Of a stretch of DNA of 64,000 nt, positions 1 to 12,962 are shown piece after piece. The DNA lies in contig NC_043001.1 of the NCBI RefSeq assembly GCF_006345805.1, positions 54,436,001-54,500,000 on the forward strand. Direction: 5' to 3'. The stretch is from Octopus sinensis (lineage: Eukaryota). A program made the position numbers and the translations under genes. The notes under the pieces are model-generated. The model did not search any database. It was not told where the DNA came from and worked only from the letters and a program-made list of their open reading frames with translations. Within the stretch, counting starts at the first letter, position 1; each line of letters opens with the position of its first letter.

Positions 1-207
1 TAAACGCAGAGAGGACAAACAAGGACAGACAAACGGATTAAGTTGATTATATCGACCCAGTGCGTAACAGGTACTTATTTAATCGACCCCGGAAGGATGA
101 AAGGCAAAGTCGACCTCGGCGGAATTTGAACTCAGAACGTAGTGGCAGACGAAATACCGCTAAGCATTTCACCCGGCGTGCTAACGATTCTGCCAGCACT
201 CCGCCTT
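1..207 (-). mobile_element. tRNA-derived SINE family A (head ggcggcgagctggcagaa; central gcctttcatcctttcggggtcgataaa domain, resembling the MetaSINE domain)
   Basis: A/B boxes (tggcagaatcg, gagttcaaattcc). About 20 related copies in the window. Confidence 0.85.
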
Positions 208-398
208 AAAAGATCAATGTATTATGAATCCTATATTGTCGGTCTAATCACACAGTTAACTGTATGCGCATCGATACTTTTTGCAAAAGTATCCTTACGT
301 TTTAACGCCAGTAACACTAAATGCATTTTTATTAAATTTACGCATGTAAACTTATTTGCAATATATACGTGTACACATACATACATACGTGCATGGAA

Positions 399-471
<73 letters not shown>

Positions 472-607
472 ATATATATGTATATATATATATATGGAGA
501 GAGAGAGAGATAGCGATAGAGAGAGAGAGGGCCAGACAGATAGGTACAGCGAGGGGAGATATACAATAACATACCTGTTTTTTCTGTAGATTACCCTCAC
601 ACACGAC

Positions 608-804
608 GCTCTTTTACTCTTTTACTTGTTTCAGTCATTTGACTGGCCATGTTGGAGCACCGCCTTTAGTTGAGCAAATCGACACCAGGACTTATTCTTT
701 GTAAGCCCTGTACTTATTCTATCGGTCTCTTTTTGCCGAACCTTTAAGTTACGGGGACGTAAACACACCAGCATCGGTTGTCAAGCGATGTTGGGAGGGG
801 TCAA

Positions 805-854
<50 letters not shown>

Positions 855-1038
855 ATATATATATACATATATACAACGGGTTTCTTTCAGTTTTTGTCTA
901 CCAAATCCACTCACAAGGCTTTGGTCGGCCCGAGACTATAGTAGAAGACACTTGCCCAAGGTGCCACGCAGTGGGACTGAACCCAGAACCATGTGGTTGG
1001 TAAGCAAGCTACTTACCACATAACCACTCCTACGCCTA
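608..1038 (-). mobile_element. tRNA-derived SINE family B (CORE-like gcaccttgggcaagtgtc segment; internal TA/TG microsatellite; tail gaaacaagtaaaagag)
   Basis: Full-length reverse-complement match to the copies at 22589 and 61734. Confidence 0.9.
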
Positions 1039-2787
1039 TGTTTACAAAATAACATGTCTATTCATCTGTAATGTATTTTGGTAGATTCAAACATGACAGC
1101 TGTTGTTTTTCGTCATCGGAGAATATCTCCAGCTATTTGGTGATTTGTGTTCATAGCACTCAGGATTCACCGGTGTCGGGTGACTTTCAGACACTGTTGT
1201 GTTTCGATCTTACTGTATCTTCATAGTCGAAGCTACCCCGGACTGATAAAACTAATAAGGGTATATGAATTTGTTTACAGAAATCAGCAAATAATTTGCT
1301 GATGCATATTGATGAGTGCGTGTGTGTGTGTGTATGCGTGCGTGTCTGTGTGTGTATGTGTGTGTATATGCGTGCGTGTCTGTGTGTGTATGTTGGGTGC
1401 GTGTGCGTATGTATTTGTGTGTGTGTGCATGCGTGCGTTTGTTTGCGTGTGTGTGTTGTGTGTATGCACGCGCGCATATCTGTGTGTCTAAATTTTTACA
1501 AGGGATAGATTCAAAGTGATGTCGAAGTTCCGAGTTGTTCGCTGTCATGAAAGGGCTTCGTTTTTTTCTTTCTGATTCTTTATACAAAGAATTTTAATAC
1601 GTCAGAGGAAAAACTTCAATCAACATAAACTGTCACCTGAATATGACATACGTGTTTACTTGTTTACGTTTACGCTTGACCAAGCCCTAAACAATTAAAA
1701 GGGGCATATTTCAAACGAAAATAACTGCCTCCACCTCATTTTTCTCTCAATACACTCCCTACAAACACTTATCGTTCTCTATTCTTACCCTTTCCATCCG
1801 GCCATTTTTCCTGTCTACCTTCACCACACCTAATTCTCGTTCACATTAAAGGGTGAGGGTAAAGACCCCCTTCGATCATGAATGACCATGGGATTGCACC
1901 TAGAAAGTCCCCCTGCGAGGCACAAGTTCGGGAAGGTTGTTATTGGAAGACCAGCTGTCGCCCATGCATATCAGCCTCCTCTCTCCACGCCACTGATGTT
2001 ATCCAAAGGAAAGACAAAGGCCATCAATACAGATTGGCACCAGTGACGTCACAACTCATTTCTGCAGATGACTGAACTGGAGCAACGTGAAATAAAGTAT
2101 CTTGCTCAAAAACGCAACACATAGCCCGGCCCAAGAATCGAACTCACTACCTCATGATTGTGAACTCGACGTTCTAACCATTAAGCCACTTACCAAAAGC
2201 AACATGTAGCCAAAAATGAACCAAAGTACTTTGGTTCAAAAAATTTGATGACCGTGAGCAAGCAGAACCTTTTGTACTGAACCGGCAGAACAAAAATAGG
2301 GAAAAGGTATTATCAAAAACAGATAGCAGAACTAAGGCATCTCTTCTAATGCTGGATTCACACTTCAATAGAACCCTTTTAAGCATGTAATGTAAGAATA
2401 AAGAGGAAATAAAGCATGCATATCAAAATAAGATACGTTTGTTTCTAACTGTAAACACATCTCTGTAAGATGGACACATATAAAATAACGCACTTTATCA
2501 CCTCATCAGAAGATATCACCATAGAATTATTTGAAATGAAATAGAATCGTCTATATATTGGTATTTGACAAAAAAAACAGAACAAGTGGTATGGAAAAGA
2601 AATTCAAAAGTAGGTTTCAGGCAAAGATTAGGGTTAGAAATTCTCTATAAGAGAGAAATTTCGGATACAAAATATCAGCAATGGCATAGGAGCTATATCA
2701 ATAGTTTCTGGAGAGTTACAATTAAGGTTAAAGGGATGGAGATGGTCAGAAAACATGAAAAATAGATGCGAAAACTACACTGTAGAT

Positions 2788-3029
2788 CAGTGGTTCTCAA
2801 CTAGGGTTCACTCGACCCTTGTGGGGTCCATTTACGATTTTGTTGTTAAAAATTGGTTATGCTTCCACAATGCATAAAATATTTTAACAATTTTTTTATA
2901 CAAGTCCTAAAAATATCTAATTATAAGAATATAATTGGATTTGTTGAACATCGAATGGATAGGGGGCTTTACCTGAGTAAAATAGGAATCAAAGGAGTCT
3001 ATAGGTAAAACAATGATTGAGAAACACTG
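2788..3029. mobile_element. hAT (Charlie-like) MITE
   Basis: TIRs cagtggttctcaa / ttgagaaacactg. Imperfect 8-bp TSD ctgtagat / ctctatat. Confidence 0.75.
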
Positions 3030-3949
3030 CTCTATATCGCTCATCGTGGAAGAAAGCAGTGCATGATGATAGAACGAAATTCGACCAAAATTGTATCAAG
3101 CATAAACTGCTCAAGAGAAATGTTCGTAACGATCTTAATGTGAATTTGCCTAAGTATGTTGGTGTGCAGTAAACGGGTGTAGGCGTGTCTCTCTGAGTAA
3201 GACAAGACTTTAAAATCATCAGAGAAGTCACACACACACACACGCACACACGCACATACTGACGAGTAATTATCTGTGCATTATACGGCATTTGGACTTG
3301 AAGAGAGTGTAGAAAAGAATGTGTGTCGGTGAGTGATCTGAAACGTCATATGTAGACTCACCAAAGCAATGGTGTAACACCTATTGCAAGAGACGCCCAT
3401 CATCACCACATCTGTACAAAAAAAATGTCTGTCTCTAAAAAAACTACATTTGTGCTGCTCATGTCTAAGAGAACAACCAAGTGATGGCACTATTCAAAAC
3501 TGAGTTGCATCCATCATGTATGTATATATGTATGCATACAAAATTATGTGTACAAAAAGGAGGTTCATTACATTGAGTGAAGTTTATATTTGTAGATGAA
3601 CTGTTTCTAAAGCAAACATTCATTATTCTAATTATACAGATGTTCACAATTACTGACGTAGTATCAACATGCAACTTGAAAGGCGTGTCTTTATTGGTCA
3701 TTGGCATGGTCGAGCTAGGCCATGCGGTGGAAATTATAGCAGACCAATGACCCCCTATTAAGATATAAACGATGCAACCTAGCTGGGATTTACTTTCATC
3801 GACAAGGGATTCTATTCTTTGTTATTTCTCAATGTTGCAGTCGTTGAATAACATAATTTTCCCAGACAGTAGATTGAAGATAGGTTAGAGGAATGCTCGC
3901 CAGCAACAGCAACTGGAAATCACTTTTCAGGTAAAGTATAAGACGTGCT

Positions 3950-4300
3950 ACTTTAGTATAAGCAGTTTCTCAGACAGACATAATATGCAGTTAAGTAATC
4001 AGTTATTACATCTAGGAACTCTGTCAACTATGTTCCAAGTCAATGAGAGAGATTGTTTTTGGCCTCCGAACTTCCACATGAAACAAGACAGGGAAGCAGA
4101 GTTCATTCTATTTCTAGACCAAAAAGAATGCAGGTATTAATTGTATTGCCTCTTGAAGTCGTAAACAAAGAGCCTTGTGTTACTTTTCTGGACACCATCA
4201 AGTTTCATGAATATCATTCCATATACCAAGGCTTTAGCAAGACAGAATCTCTTCAGTGGAGAAGTGCTTTCATTTTGGCGTTCGGAAGTGCGTTGCTGGA
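3950..4300 (-). mobile_element. Old degenerate PLE GIY-YIG endonuclease remnant (third PLE lineage)
   Basis: Broken minus frames give SPLKRFCLAKALVY...DFKRQYN*YLHSF...SASLSCFMWK...LTWNIVDR...CILCLSEKL. This matches the PLE pattern CPL.G.CL...VY..FK.RYNNH..SF..T.LS..IW..W.I...C.LCL.EK. Confidence 0.6.
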
Positions 4301-4817
4301 GTGGGCAATGTGTGAATGTGTGTTGTGATTCAGACAACTGATGCTGGTGGCGATATCTGAGTAAAAATAGCTATCCTTAACATTGTTCTTATGGTCCCAC
4401 AGATATATGCTGTTGATTGTAAATTTATTTGTACAATACTTTAAGGACTGCTGTAATATTTCTGCTTATAAATAATTATAATAAATTTTAAACGTTTTAA
4501 TATAGGTGTATAGTGAGAATTAAATTTTAATATATAAAAAGGAAAAGCAATGTGTGAGTGTGTGCACGCACACAAAATGAATACGTGAGAGTGTCGTTAT
4601 GTGTGTGATTGCAAATATGTGTTATATTCATTCAGCATATAATTTAGGTAACTGTTGTTGCGCTTGATAATGTACACCAAAACGTTTTCAACAAAATGAA
4701 ATTTGCCTTGTTAAGTAACAAAAACTAAAACTGTTGTATATACTAGCGGCTCTCAAGGAGTCGCTCATAGTTGTGTGGTCTTTGTTAGCAGGCAATGTGC
4801 TGCTACAAACATGTTTC

Positions 4818-5052
4818 GGTCGAACTGGCAGAAGCGTTAGCACCCTAGGCGAAATGCTTTGCAGTATTTCGTCTGCCGTTACGTTGTGAGTTCAAATTCC
4901 GCCGAGGTCGACTTTGCCTTTCATCCTTTCGGGGTCGATAAATTAAGCACCAGTTACGCACTGGGGTCGATGTAATCGACTTAATACCTATGTCTGTCCT
5001 TGTTTGTCCCCTCTATGTTTAGCCCCTTGTGGGTAATAAAGAAATAGGTATT
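4818..5052 (+). mobile_element. SINE family A, full length with tail ending gaaataggtatt
   Basis: Full match to the family consensus seen across copies. Confidence 0.85.
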
Positions 5053-7293
5053 ACCCGATCTCATGCATGAAGCATAGTCTTCTCAAGCGCACTCGATCAG
5101 TAAACAGAGATTCTTGGAAGTAGAAGTTACGAATGATTTTGTAATTTCCATAATTACAAAACAAGGTAAATCAAATAGACCATAAATTCTGATGTATTTG
5201 AGTGCTAAGCGCGAAGAAGCTGTTTCAGCCCCTCTATGACAACAACACACCTTCCAAGGACTATCCACCAACGTAAATGATGAGATCACTGCACAACACC
5301 ACAAAATTTGTTAAATCAGATTTGTAACGCAGAGCCAGACATCTCTGTTAATCTTAAAATTGGATCGACTTGAACAGAACTTCCTGGCTGCACTAAATAC
5401 ACCACTTGTTTCACTCTTAAACGAGATGAAGTGGGTTGCCTTTTGTTTTGCTTGTTTGTTTTTATTTTGTTTTTGTTGCTTTTTTTCTTTGTTTTCGGGA
5501 GCGGTGTTGCTTGTTTGTTTTATTGGGTTTTTCTGTTTTTGTTTTTGTTTTTAATTTTATTTTTTTTATTTTTTTTCAGCTTCTGACAATTTCTCCGAAA
5601 GGTGTTTACTTTTCTCTGCAGCCAACCCGAGGCTCATGAGCAGCAAATGAATCCTAGTTCTAACAAATTCTCTGACACTTACCTCCACAAGAAATACTGG
5701 ATGTGTGGCATGTTACCTCCCATCCAGTATTTCTGCCTAACATCCTGGCCTGACACTTTCCTCTACTCTTTTTCACGAAGTCGCGAATTTCTTTCATTTG
5801 AATGTCTTAATTTTAAGACATTTTAACCCTAAGTTCTGTCGGATACTCTATCCTCTGCATTAGTGGTACAGGAACATCTTTAAGACTATTACTATACATA
5901 TAACACAACTGTGTCTTCAGCTCATATTTGATGCATGTAGGTCACTAATGCTGTTTCCCTGGAACAGCCTTTTTACTTAGTTTTAAGGATTTCATTCAAC
6001 TTCCTTAGGCGCAATAGCCCGAACCCTTTCTTCTTTACATTAGCAGTAGTTCTTAACGTTATCATACAGCATTTTCTAAGATTCCTTTTCTTCTTCCCAT
6101 TACACTTCTTTTCGCAAAGACTTATCCTTCCTGGTCTTCTTTATAGGGCACCCCCTCTTCCTATTGCCTTATAACACTTTCTTTTTTACCAACCCCACTA
6201 AATGTGTTAAATATTTCTTTGCTTGTAAAATAAATCGGATCGGTGATTATCCGAAACGCTTCTTCCACAGGCAGTTCTTTTTCCTTTGTCTTCATCTTTA
6301 ATACAACACTTCCGAACTATTTGTAAGCTGACAGTTTATTCACTATGGGGCCACTTAATCGTCATCCGTCTCTCCTCACTATCCTCCATAGCTGCACTAG
6401 CCGTACCTTTTATGCTTTGAATCCTGTGTATTATTAATTCTTATCGTCTGATTAGCATTGCGACTCTCTATACACCATCTTGACCCGTGAACACGAAAAC
6501 CTTTCAGTTTACCGAACTGCATGAGCTGTGTATGTTTAAGTCATTATCTTTTTCTGAGTTCATTTTTATTTCTAAACGACCAATATGAATTCCAGGAGTT
6601 CTTATTCTCCCTTGCTTTCCTGGGCTGCGAGGGTATGTGTCTATATCCGTTTCTGCTGCGCGAAATATTTTTTTCCCGGCGGGGCTGCTATCGTTGCCGC
6701 GGACTCGAAACTGCAAATCCATTAGCCGCTGCCCGTATTTATTGCCTTACAATCCGAAGTCTCTTTCCCTCCACGTAGAAGTCCTCTTCCTTCTATTCAA
6801 GAACCCATTTCATTCCAGCATATAATCAGTGAATAGAACCAGTAGGTGTGAAAGAATGTGTCATTTTCATTTTATTGCTTTCTTTTAGCGCGATCTTTCA
6901 TTCACTGCAAAACCTTTCCTTCGCCACCATTCCCACTAGCAGGAAGTTCTACGCTGTCACTCTATCTGCTAGAAAAAGCAGCCAGATTCCTTTATTTCCC
7001 GTCCTTCGGGCTAAACAACAACAGAACACATTGGCCAATGTGGTCCTAATAATATGTTCCAAAAAAATAGGATTATTACAGTTGGATCATTTTTTACCAT
7101 TGGTCTGCTCGATCAGTACTGACTTCGGGCTAAACAACAACAGAACTCTGCCCATCTTTACGTCACCGCCATCGTCCCTACTCATTTTCCTCTCTTACTG
7201 CTTCACGTCCTCACCCTTCATCCATACAACCAATCATCATCCTACAATCCCATCCTTTCTATCATTCATATATTTTATCCTACATCCTTCCTC

Positions 7294-7334
<41 letters not shown>

Positions 7335-7626
7335 ACTCACTCCCGCTCGCTCGTTCTTGCACTATCTCTACAACACATACTCACTGAATGATTAACCCAA
7401 CCAACCGACCGCTCCTCCCTACCCTCCTTTTCCTCTCTCTTTTTCATTCCGTCATCACAACTCTTGCCGCTTCTCCATCAGCCTCTTCTCATCCTACTCC
7501 TTCCCCAACAGCCTCCACCTGTTCCTCCGTTTCTTCCTCCTATTCCCTCCCCTTTCCTCACTCACTAACTCCTTCTCTAACTTCAACAGTCAGAACGCAA
7601 CTTTTGCCTGTACAATTTCTTTATGA

Positions 7627-7665
<39 letters not shown>

Positions 7666-7887
7666 TATGTACATATCTAGACTAAAACGAAAGCCTTAGC
7701 CACTCTCTCTGTCTGTCTGCCTCTCACTCTTTCTCTCTCTCCCTCTCATTTTCAACTTCCCTCCGTCAAACATCTAATATACAAGACAGTTAACAAAAGT
7801 GCTCCGTACCACGCAAGCACCACATTTATAAAACTCTTCTGTTTGGTCTCTTTCAAAACCAATCTTTCTGTTACTTTTTTTTTTTAG

Positions 7888-7919
7888 CCATACTGGAGCA
7901 TTAATGTTGTCGTATTCCG
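7888..7919 (+). CDS. Candidate 32-nt exon (HTGALMLSYS; possible ATG at 7904) ending in phase 1
   Basis: Long T tract + AG acceptor (7887) and CCG|GTAAGT donor at 7919/20. Phase compatible with 42260 and 44312. Lies in unique sequence downstream of CT/GA-rich tracts. Confidence 0.35.
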
Positions 7920-8642
7920 GTAAGTTTTGAAATTTAGCTATAGATCTGTAAATTCTGAAACTCTTTTCATTGTTATAACAAAACCCGTTTCAAAACACAC
8001 ACACACATATCTATACGCACTGATCTGTACAAACAGTACCACTCGTACAAAAATACACGCTGGCTCTCGACACATTCTCACACACTTATACACACAGACT
8101 CGCACATACACTGATACACTCACTCTTAATGCACATGCATACACAAAAATAAGCTTACTCCTACACACACACACACACACACACTCACCTACACACGCGC
8201 GCATACTGATTCACGCATTCACTGACTCACACACTCACAAGCACACTCGTATAAACACAGACACAAAGTCACAAACACCGCTTATCTTTCACTATCAGTC
8301 TTCGGAAAAATACAGTTGGGTGCGAGACGCGGGCAACAGGAGAAATATCGACAAAACGTGGAACCATAAGGTTGAGAGGTCAAATCCTACAAGTGTTGAT
8401 CTCTACCACCACCTAGGTGGGATAAAATATAGCACGATGGCACCAGTCAAGTATATGAACCGATTAAATCGAAAGTCCCCAATTCCATAGATTTATGACC
8501 TGGTGCCTATATAAGAAAACTTTGTTGTGATTCATCAGATCTTTGATCGAAAGCGTTACAACAGTGACCTTTCCATCTTTTTGTAATTACTGGTTTTATT
8601 TTATTTTTATTTTTTGCTATACTTTCATCCGTTTTTTTTTTT

Positions 8643-8909
8643 AAGGTGGCGAGCTGGTAGAATTGATGTCTCGTCGGATAAAATTCTTACCGGCATTTCA
8701 TCAGTCTTATGTTCTGAGTTCAAATTCTACCAAAGTCGAATCAACCTTTCATTCTTTTGGGGTCGATTTAATCGACTTACCCCCTCCCTGAATGCTGGCC
8801 TTGTACCAAAATTTGAAATTATTCCTAATGTTATGCTATTATTATTGGTGTCGATGTGATTGACTTCCCCTCCCCTCAAAAGCTACTGGCCTTGAGCCAA
8901 AATTTGAAA

Positions 8910-8970
<61 letters not shown>

Positions 8971-9125
8971 GGTGCAAACTGGCAGAATTGTTAGCATGCT
9001 AGACAATATACTTTTCGTCAAACTTTACATTCTAAGTTCAAATTCAGCTGAAAGCGACTTTGCCTTTCATCCTTTCGAGGTCGATTAACTAGTTGAGCAC
9101 TGGAGTCGATGTAATCGACTTAACT
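8643..9125 (+). mobile_element. Two older SINE family A copies separated by a partial tail and (ATT)n
   Basis: Heads at about 8643 and 8969; diverged from consensus. Confidence 0.75.
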
Positions 9126-10344
9126 CCTTTCTCGAAACTAGTAGCCAGAAGAGCAGATTTTCATTTGAAAGTTATTGGGTTGCAATTTCGCGACCATCAA
9201 GCGGCCAGATAAAGGCGCTAGCACAGGGTCGTTGTTATTTAGGCAGACAGTTTGTGATAAAGCCAAAATATAAATATTTGATTGCCATGGGTTTTTCCTT
9301 TCTTTCTTTCATTCTTTCTTTCTTTCTTTATTTCTAGATCGATAAATACCAATTGTCAGTATTTCCGTTGTTTAAACCTAGGTCAGCCCTCATACACAAG
9401 ACCTTTAATCAAAGGTGTGGCAGCTGTGACCATCCTTATTTTGAGAGACTCTCGTCTAGTACTACCCTTTTGAAGAAGGAAGCCCCGTCTCTCACTAAAT
9501 TATAACAAATTGAGGAGGTTGAGCGATTAATATCAGTAGTGTACTCAGATCGGTCAATTTAACATTTGCCAATGTAATTGACGGATAAAATAGAGGTATT
9601 AGGATAAAATAGAAGTATTAGGGTCGATGGAGTTCACAATACCACCCACATTCCAAATATGTGCCTCTGTTGGTACCTATTTTAGGAACTGTCAGTTTTA
9701 GATATAAGCTGAACAGGCTGTATGTAGCTTATACCCTAACAATCTACAGGGGCCTCAAACTATTTAAATGGCGTTTATTTCAGTTTTTGAGAGACCTTCT
9801 ATGGTAATTTTATTTTAGAAAATTATCTGTAGTTCTGTTCCTCATCAAAATGCAAATCTTGTGGTAGTTAGTTTAAAATACTGAGCGTGTTATATAAAGA
9901 AAATATTGTTTATTATCGTCGACGTTACTGTCATCATCATCGTCGCCCTTGTCATCATCTTGATCATCTTCATCATTATCATCATCATCACCGTCCCCTT
10001 CCTCCTCATCATCACCATCGTCAATGATCATTAAATACGTTGCTAATCGAGGTAATCTCGCGTAAGTTGTGATTTGAGAGGGCAGGGGTGGGGATTTGGT
10101 TACTATTTCTTGCAGATTGGGCGTCCACATAGTTGCTACATCTTTTGCACGTGTTCTAAACGAATATTAACGAGGTGTCACGTATTCAAGTCGTATCTAA
10201 TGACTTCAATCTGCAATTTCGAAGAGAAACGAGAAAAAAGAAAAATAATAAATAAACATATATAAGTGTAGACATTCTTGTATTCATATTTTTATTATTT
10301 ATCGTGAATTGCATATTTATTTAGCTTAAATTTCCTCTCTTCAT

Positions 10345-10413
<69 letters not shown>

Positions 10414-10417
10414 AAGG

Positions 10418-10497
<80 letters not shown>

Positions 10498-10502
10498 CAG
10501 AC

Positions 10503-10589
<87 letters not shown>

Positions 10590-10590
10590 A
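10345..10590. repeat. (GATA)n microsatellite
   Basis: Direct inspection. Similar tracts at 24510-24580 and 34070-34310. Confidence 0.95.
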
Positions 10591-10692
10591 ATATATATAA
10601 ATATATACACATATACATACATATATACATATATCGTCGGTAAAGCATAAATCCGAAATATATTATTTATACATGTTTGTGTGTGTGTGTGT

Positions 10693-10888
10693 TTTATTCT
10701 TTTACTTGTTTCCGTCATTTGACTGCGGCCATGTTGGAACCCCACCTTAAGGGGGTTTAGTCGAACAAATCAACCCCAGGACTTATTCTTTGTAAGTCTA
10801 GTACTTATTTTACCGATCTCTTTTGCCGAACTGCTAAGTTACGGGAACTAATTTCGGTCGTCAAGCGATGGCGGGGAGACAAACACAA

Positions 10889-10972
<84 letters not shown>

Positions 10973-11405
10973 AGGAAAAGTTTTAAAAGTCTAAGAAAAC
11001 GGGAGAATACATACATAGAATAATACGCGTGGGTAATATATCCCCAGGAAAGAACAGCTTCTTTCCGATACAGACTTATATATAGTGAGATTTTTCAGAA
11101 AGACAAAAGACGAAGACGGGTGTGTAAACAACAAACAGATGTATTTGTTTAACGCTCAGGAAGTGAGAAAGTCTTCTACGTTTCGAGCCTACGCTCTTCG
11201 ACAGAAAGGAATGAGAAAATAAACAGGGAGAGAAAATAGAAAAAGGTTTAGTGGCTAGCGATCTATACATACATACATACGTACGTACGTATGTATGTAT
11301 GTACGATGGGCTTCTCTCAGTTTCCGTCTATCAAATCCACTGACAAGTCTTTGGTCGGCCTGAGGCTATAGTAGAAGATACTTGCTCAAGGTGCCACGCA
11401 GTGAC
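10693..11405 (-). mobile_element. SINE family B split at its internal microsatellite by nested insertions
   Basis: Tail half 10693-10890 and head half 11300-11405, with a hammerhead element between them. Confidence 0.75.
11173..11208 (-). ncRNA. Minimal hammerhead motif, CUGUNGA variant, in PLE-tail element 11075-11265
   Basis: Minus strand: cuuu CUGUCGA A GAGC guag GCUC GAAA CG UA gaag. Confidence 0.65.
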
Positions 11406-12619
11406 ATATATATATAGTCATTAGTTATTTACATACATATATACATAGATGGAGAGACGGCTGAGTGGTAAGAAGCTTGCTCCTAGCTACATAGTTTCGG
11501 GTTCAGTCTCACTGTGTGGCACTTTGGCAAGTGTCTTCGACTATCGCCTCGGGCCGACCAAAGCCTAGTGAGTGGATTTGGTAGATGCAAACTAAAACAA
11601 GTCCGTCGTGTGTGTATGTATGTGTGGGTTATTTGTGTCTGTCCCCCACCATCGCTTGGCCACCGATGTTGGCGTGTTTACGTTGCCGTAACGTAGCAGT
11701 TCGGCAAAAGGAACCGATAGAATAAGTACTACGCTTACAAAGAATAAGTCCTGGGGTCGATTTGTTCGACTAAAGGTGGTGCTCCAGCATGGCTGCAGTC
11801 AAATGACTGAAACAAGTAAAGGAATAAAAGAACACGTATAAATTTAAATATACATATGTATATAGGTGTATGTATATACGTGTGTGTATGTGCATGTTCG
11901 CATGTATGTATGCATGTATGTATGTATGTATGCATCTGTTCTTCATTCGCGAATTTGTTCACAGATAAGTGTCCACTTCAAGACCAACGAAATATCTTTA
12001 GACTTGTCCATTTTTTTTGTTAATTACGATAGCCATATTTGGATCATTGTTTTAGAAATGTTTCGGCGAAATAATTTTAGTGAAAGAGTAAAGCAGTTTC
12101 TAATATAAATAGATAAATAAATAAACACATAAAACAAAATTCATAGCGGCATATTTGTTGCGTTGTTGATATTGTTTAGGCCCAGGTCAGACCTGATCGT
12201 GTAGAGCTATGATCAAAGACATTCCTACCGTGAACATTACATTTTTTTTATTCATTGTCTAGGCATTGTCTCAGGCATTGTCTACTTAAATTTGTATCAT
12301 CCATTGTGTTCTTTCGTCGTTTTTTTCTTCTTTTTTTAATTTTATGGTTAAAACAGTGTTAGGTTGAAGTAGACGTGACTGTCTTTTCTAGCAATTCGAG
12401 TGACTCTGGCAAATGCTTCCTTGTTGCCTCGTGTTTATAAAGTTATTTTTGCATCAGTCATTTCGCTTTTTCTATTTTGTTTTTTCTTTGCTGTGTTATG
12501 AATAGGGGGTGAAAGAACCGGAGGATATAAAGAAAGGGTTGATAAAATGCTAACAACTATAAACACACTTTGTTAAACAAAGAGGCAGACGCATACACAC
12601 GCGCGCACGCACGTACACA

Positions 12620-12701
<82 letters not shown>

Positions 12702-12926
12702 GAAAAGTTTTAAAAGTCTAAGAAAACGGGAGAATACATACATAGAATAATACGCGTGGGTAATATATCCCCAGGAAAGAACAGCTTCTTTCCGATACAG
12801 ACTTATATATAGTGAGATTTTTCAGAAGACGATACAGACTTATATATAGTGAGATTTTTCAAAGACGAAGACGGGTGTGTAAACAACAAACAGATGATTT
12901 GTTTAACGCTCAGGAAGTGAGAAAGT

Positions 12927-12962
12927 CTTCTACGTTTCGAGCCTACGCTCTTCGACAGAAAG
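12927..12962 (-). ncRNA. Duplicate of the hammerhead motif at 11173-11208, within the tandem duplication
   Basis: Identical sequence, offset by about 1755 bp. Confidence 0.6.

Noticed and set aside
778-1023. Recurrent peptides such as LPNPLTRLWSAR and SVYQIHSQGFGRPEA
   Set aside because: These are translations of SINE family B, not a protein family.
142-1587. Many overlapping ORFs rich in YI, HT, CV or ER dipeptides (and similar ones throughout the window)
   Set aside because: They are translations of (TA)n, (CA)n, (GA)n, (CATA)n and (GATA)n microsatellites, which lack stops in several frames.
5640-6830. Possible L1/Tx1-type ORF1 remnant (KCY..G....CP knuckle-like string near 6150-6200, minus)
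   Set aside because: Only one partial motif and no continuous frame.
9873-10130. Acidic D/E-rich ORF on the minus strand
   Set aside because: Decayed (TCA)n microsatellite with no splice context or complex coding sequence.
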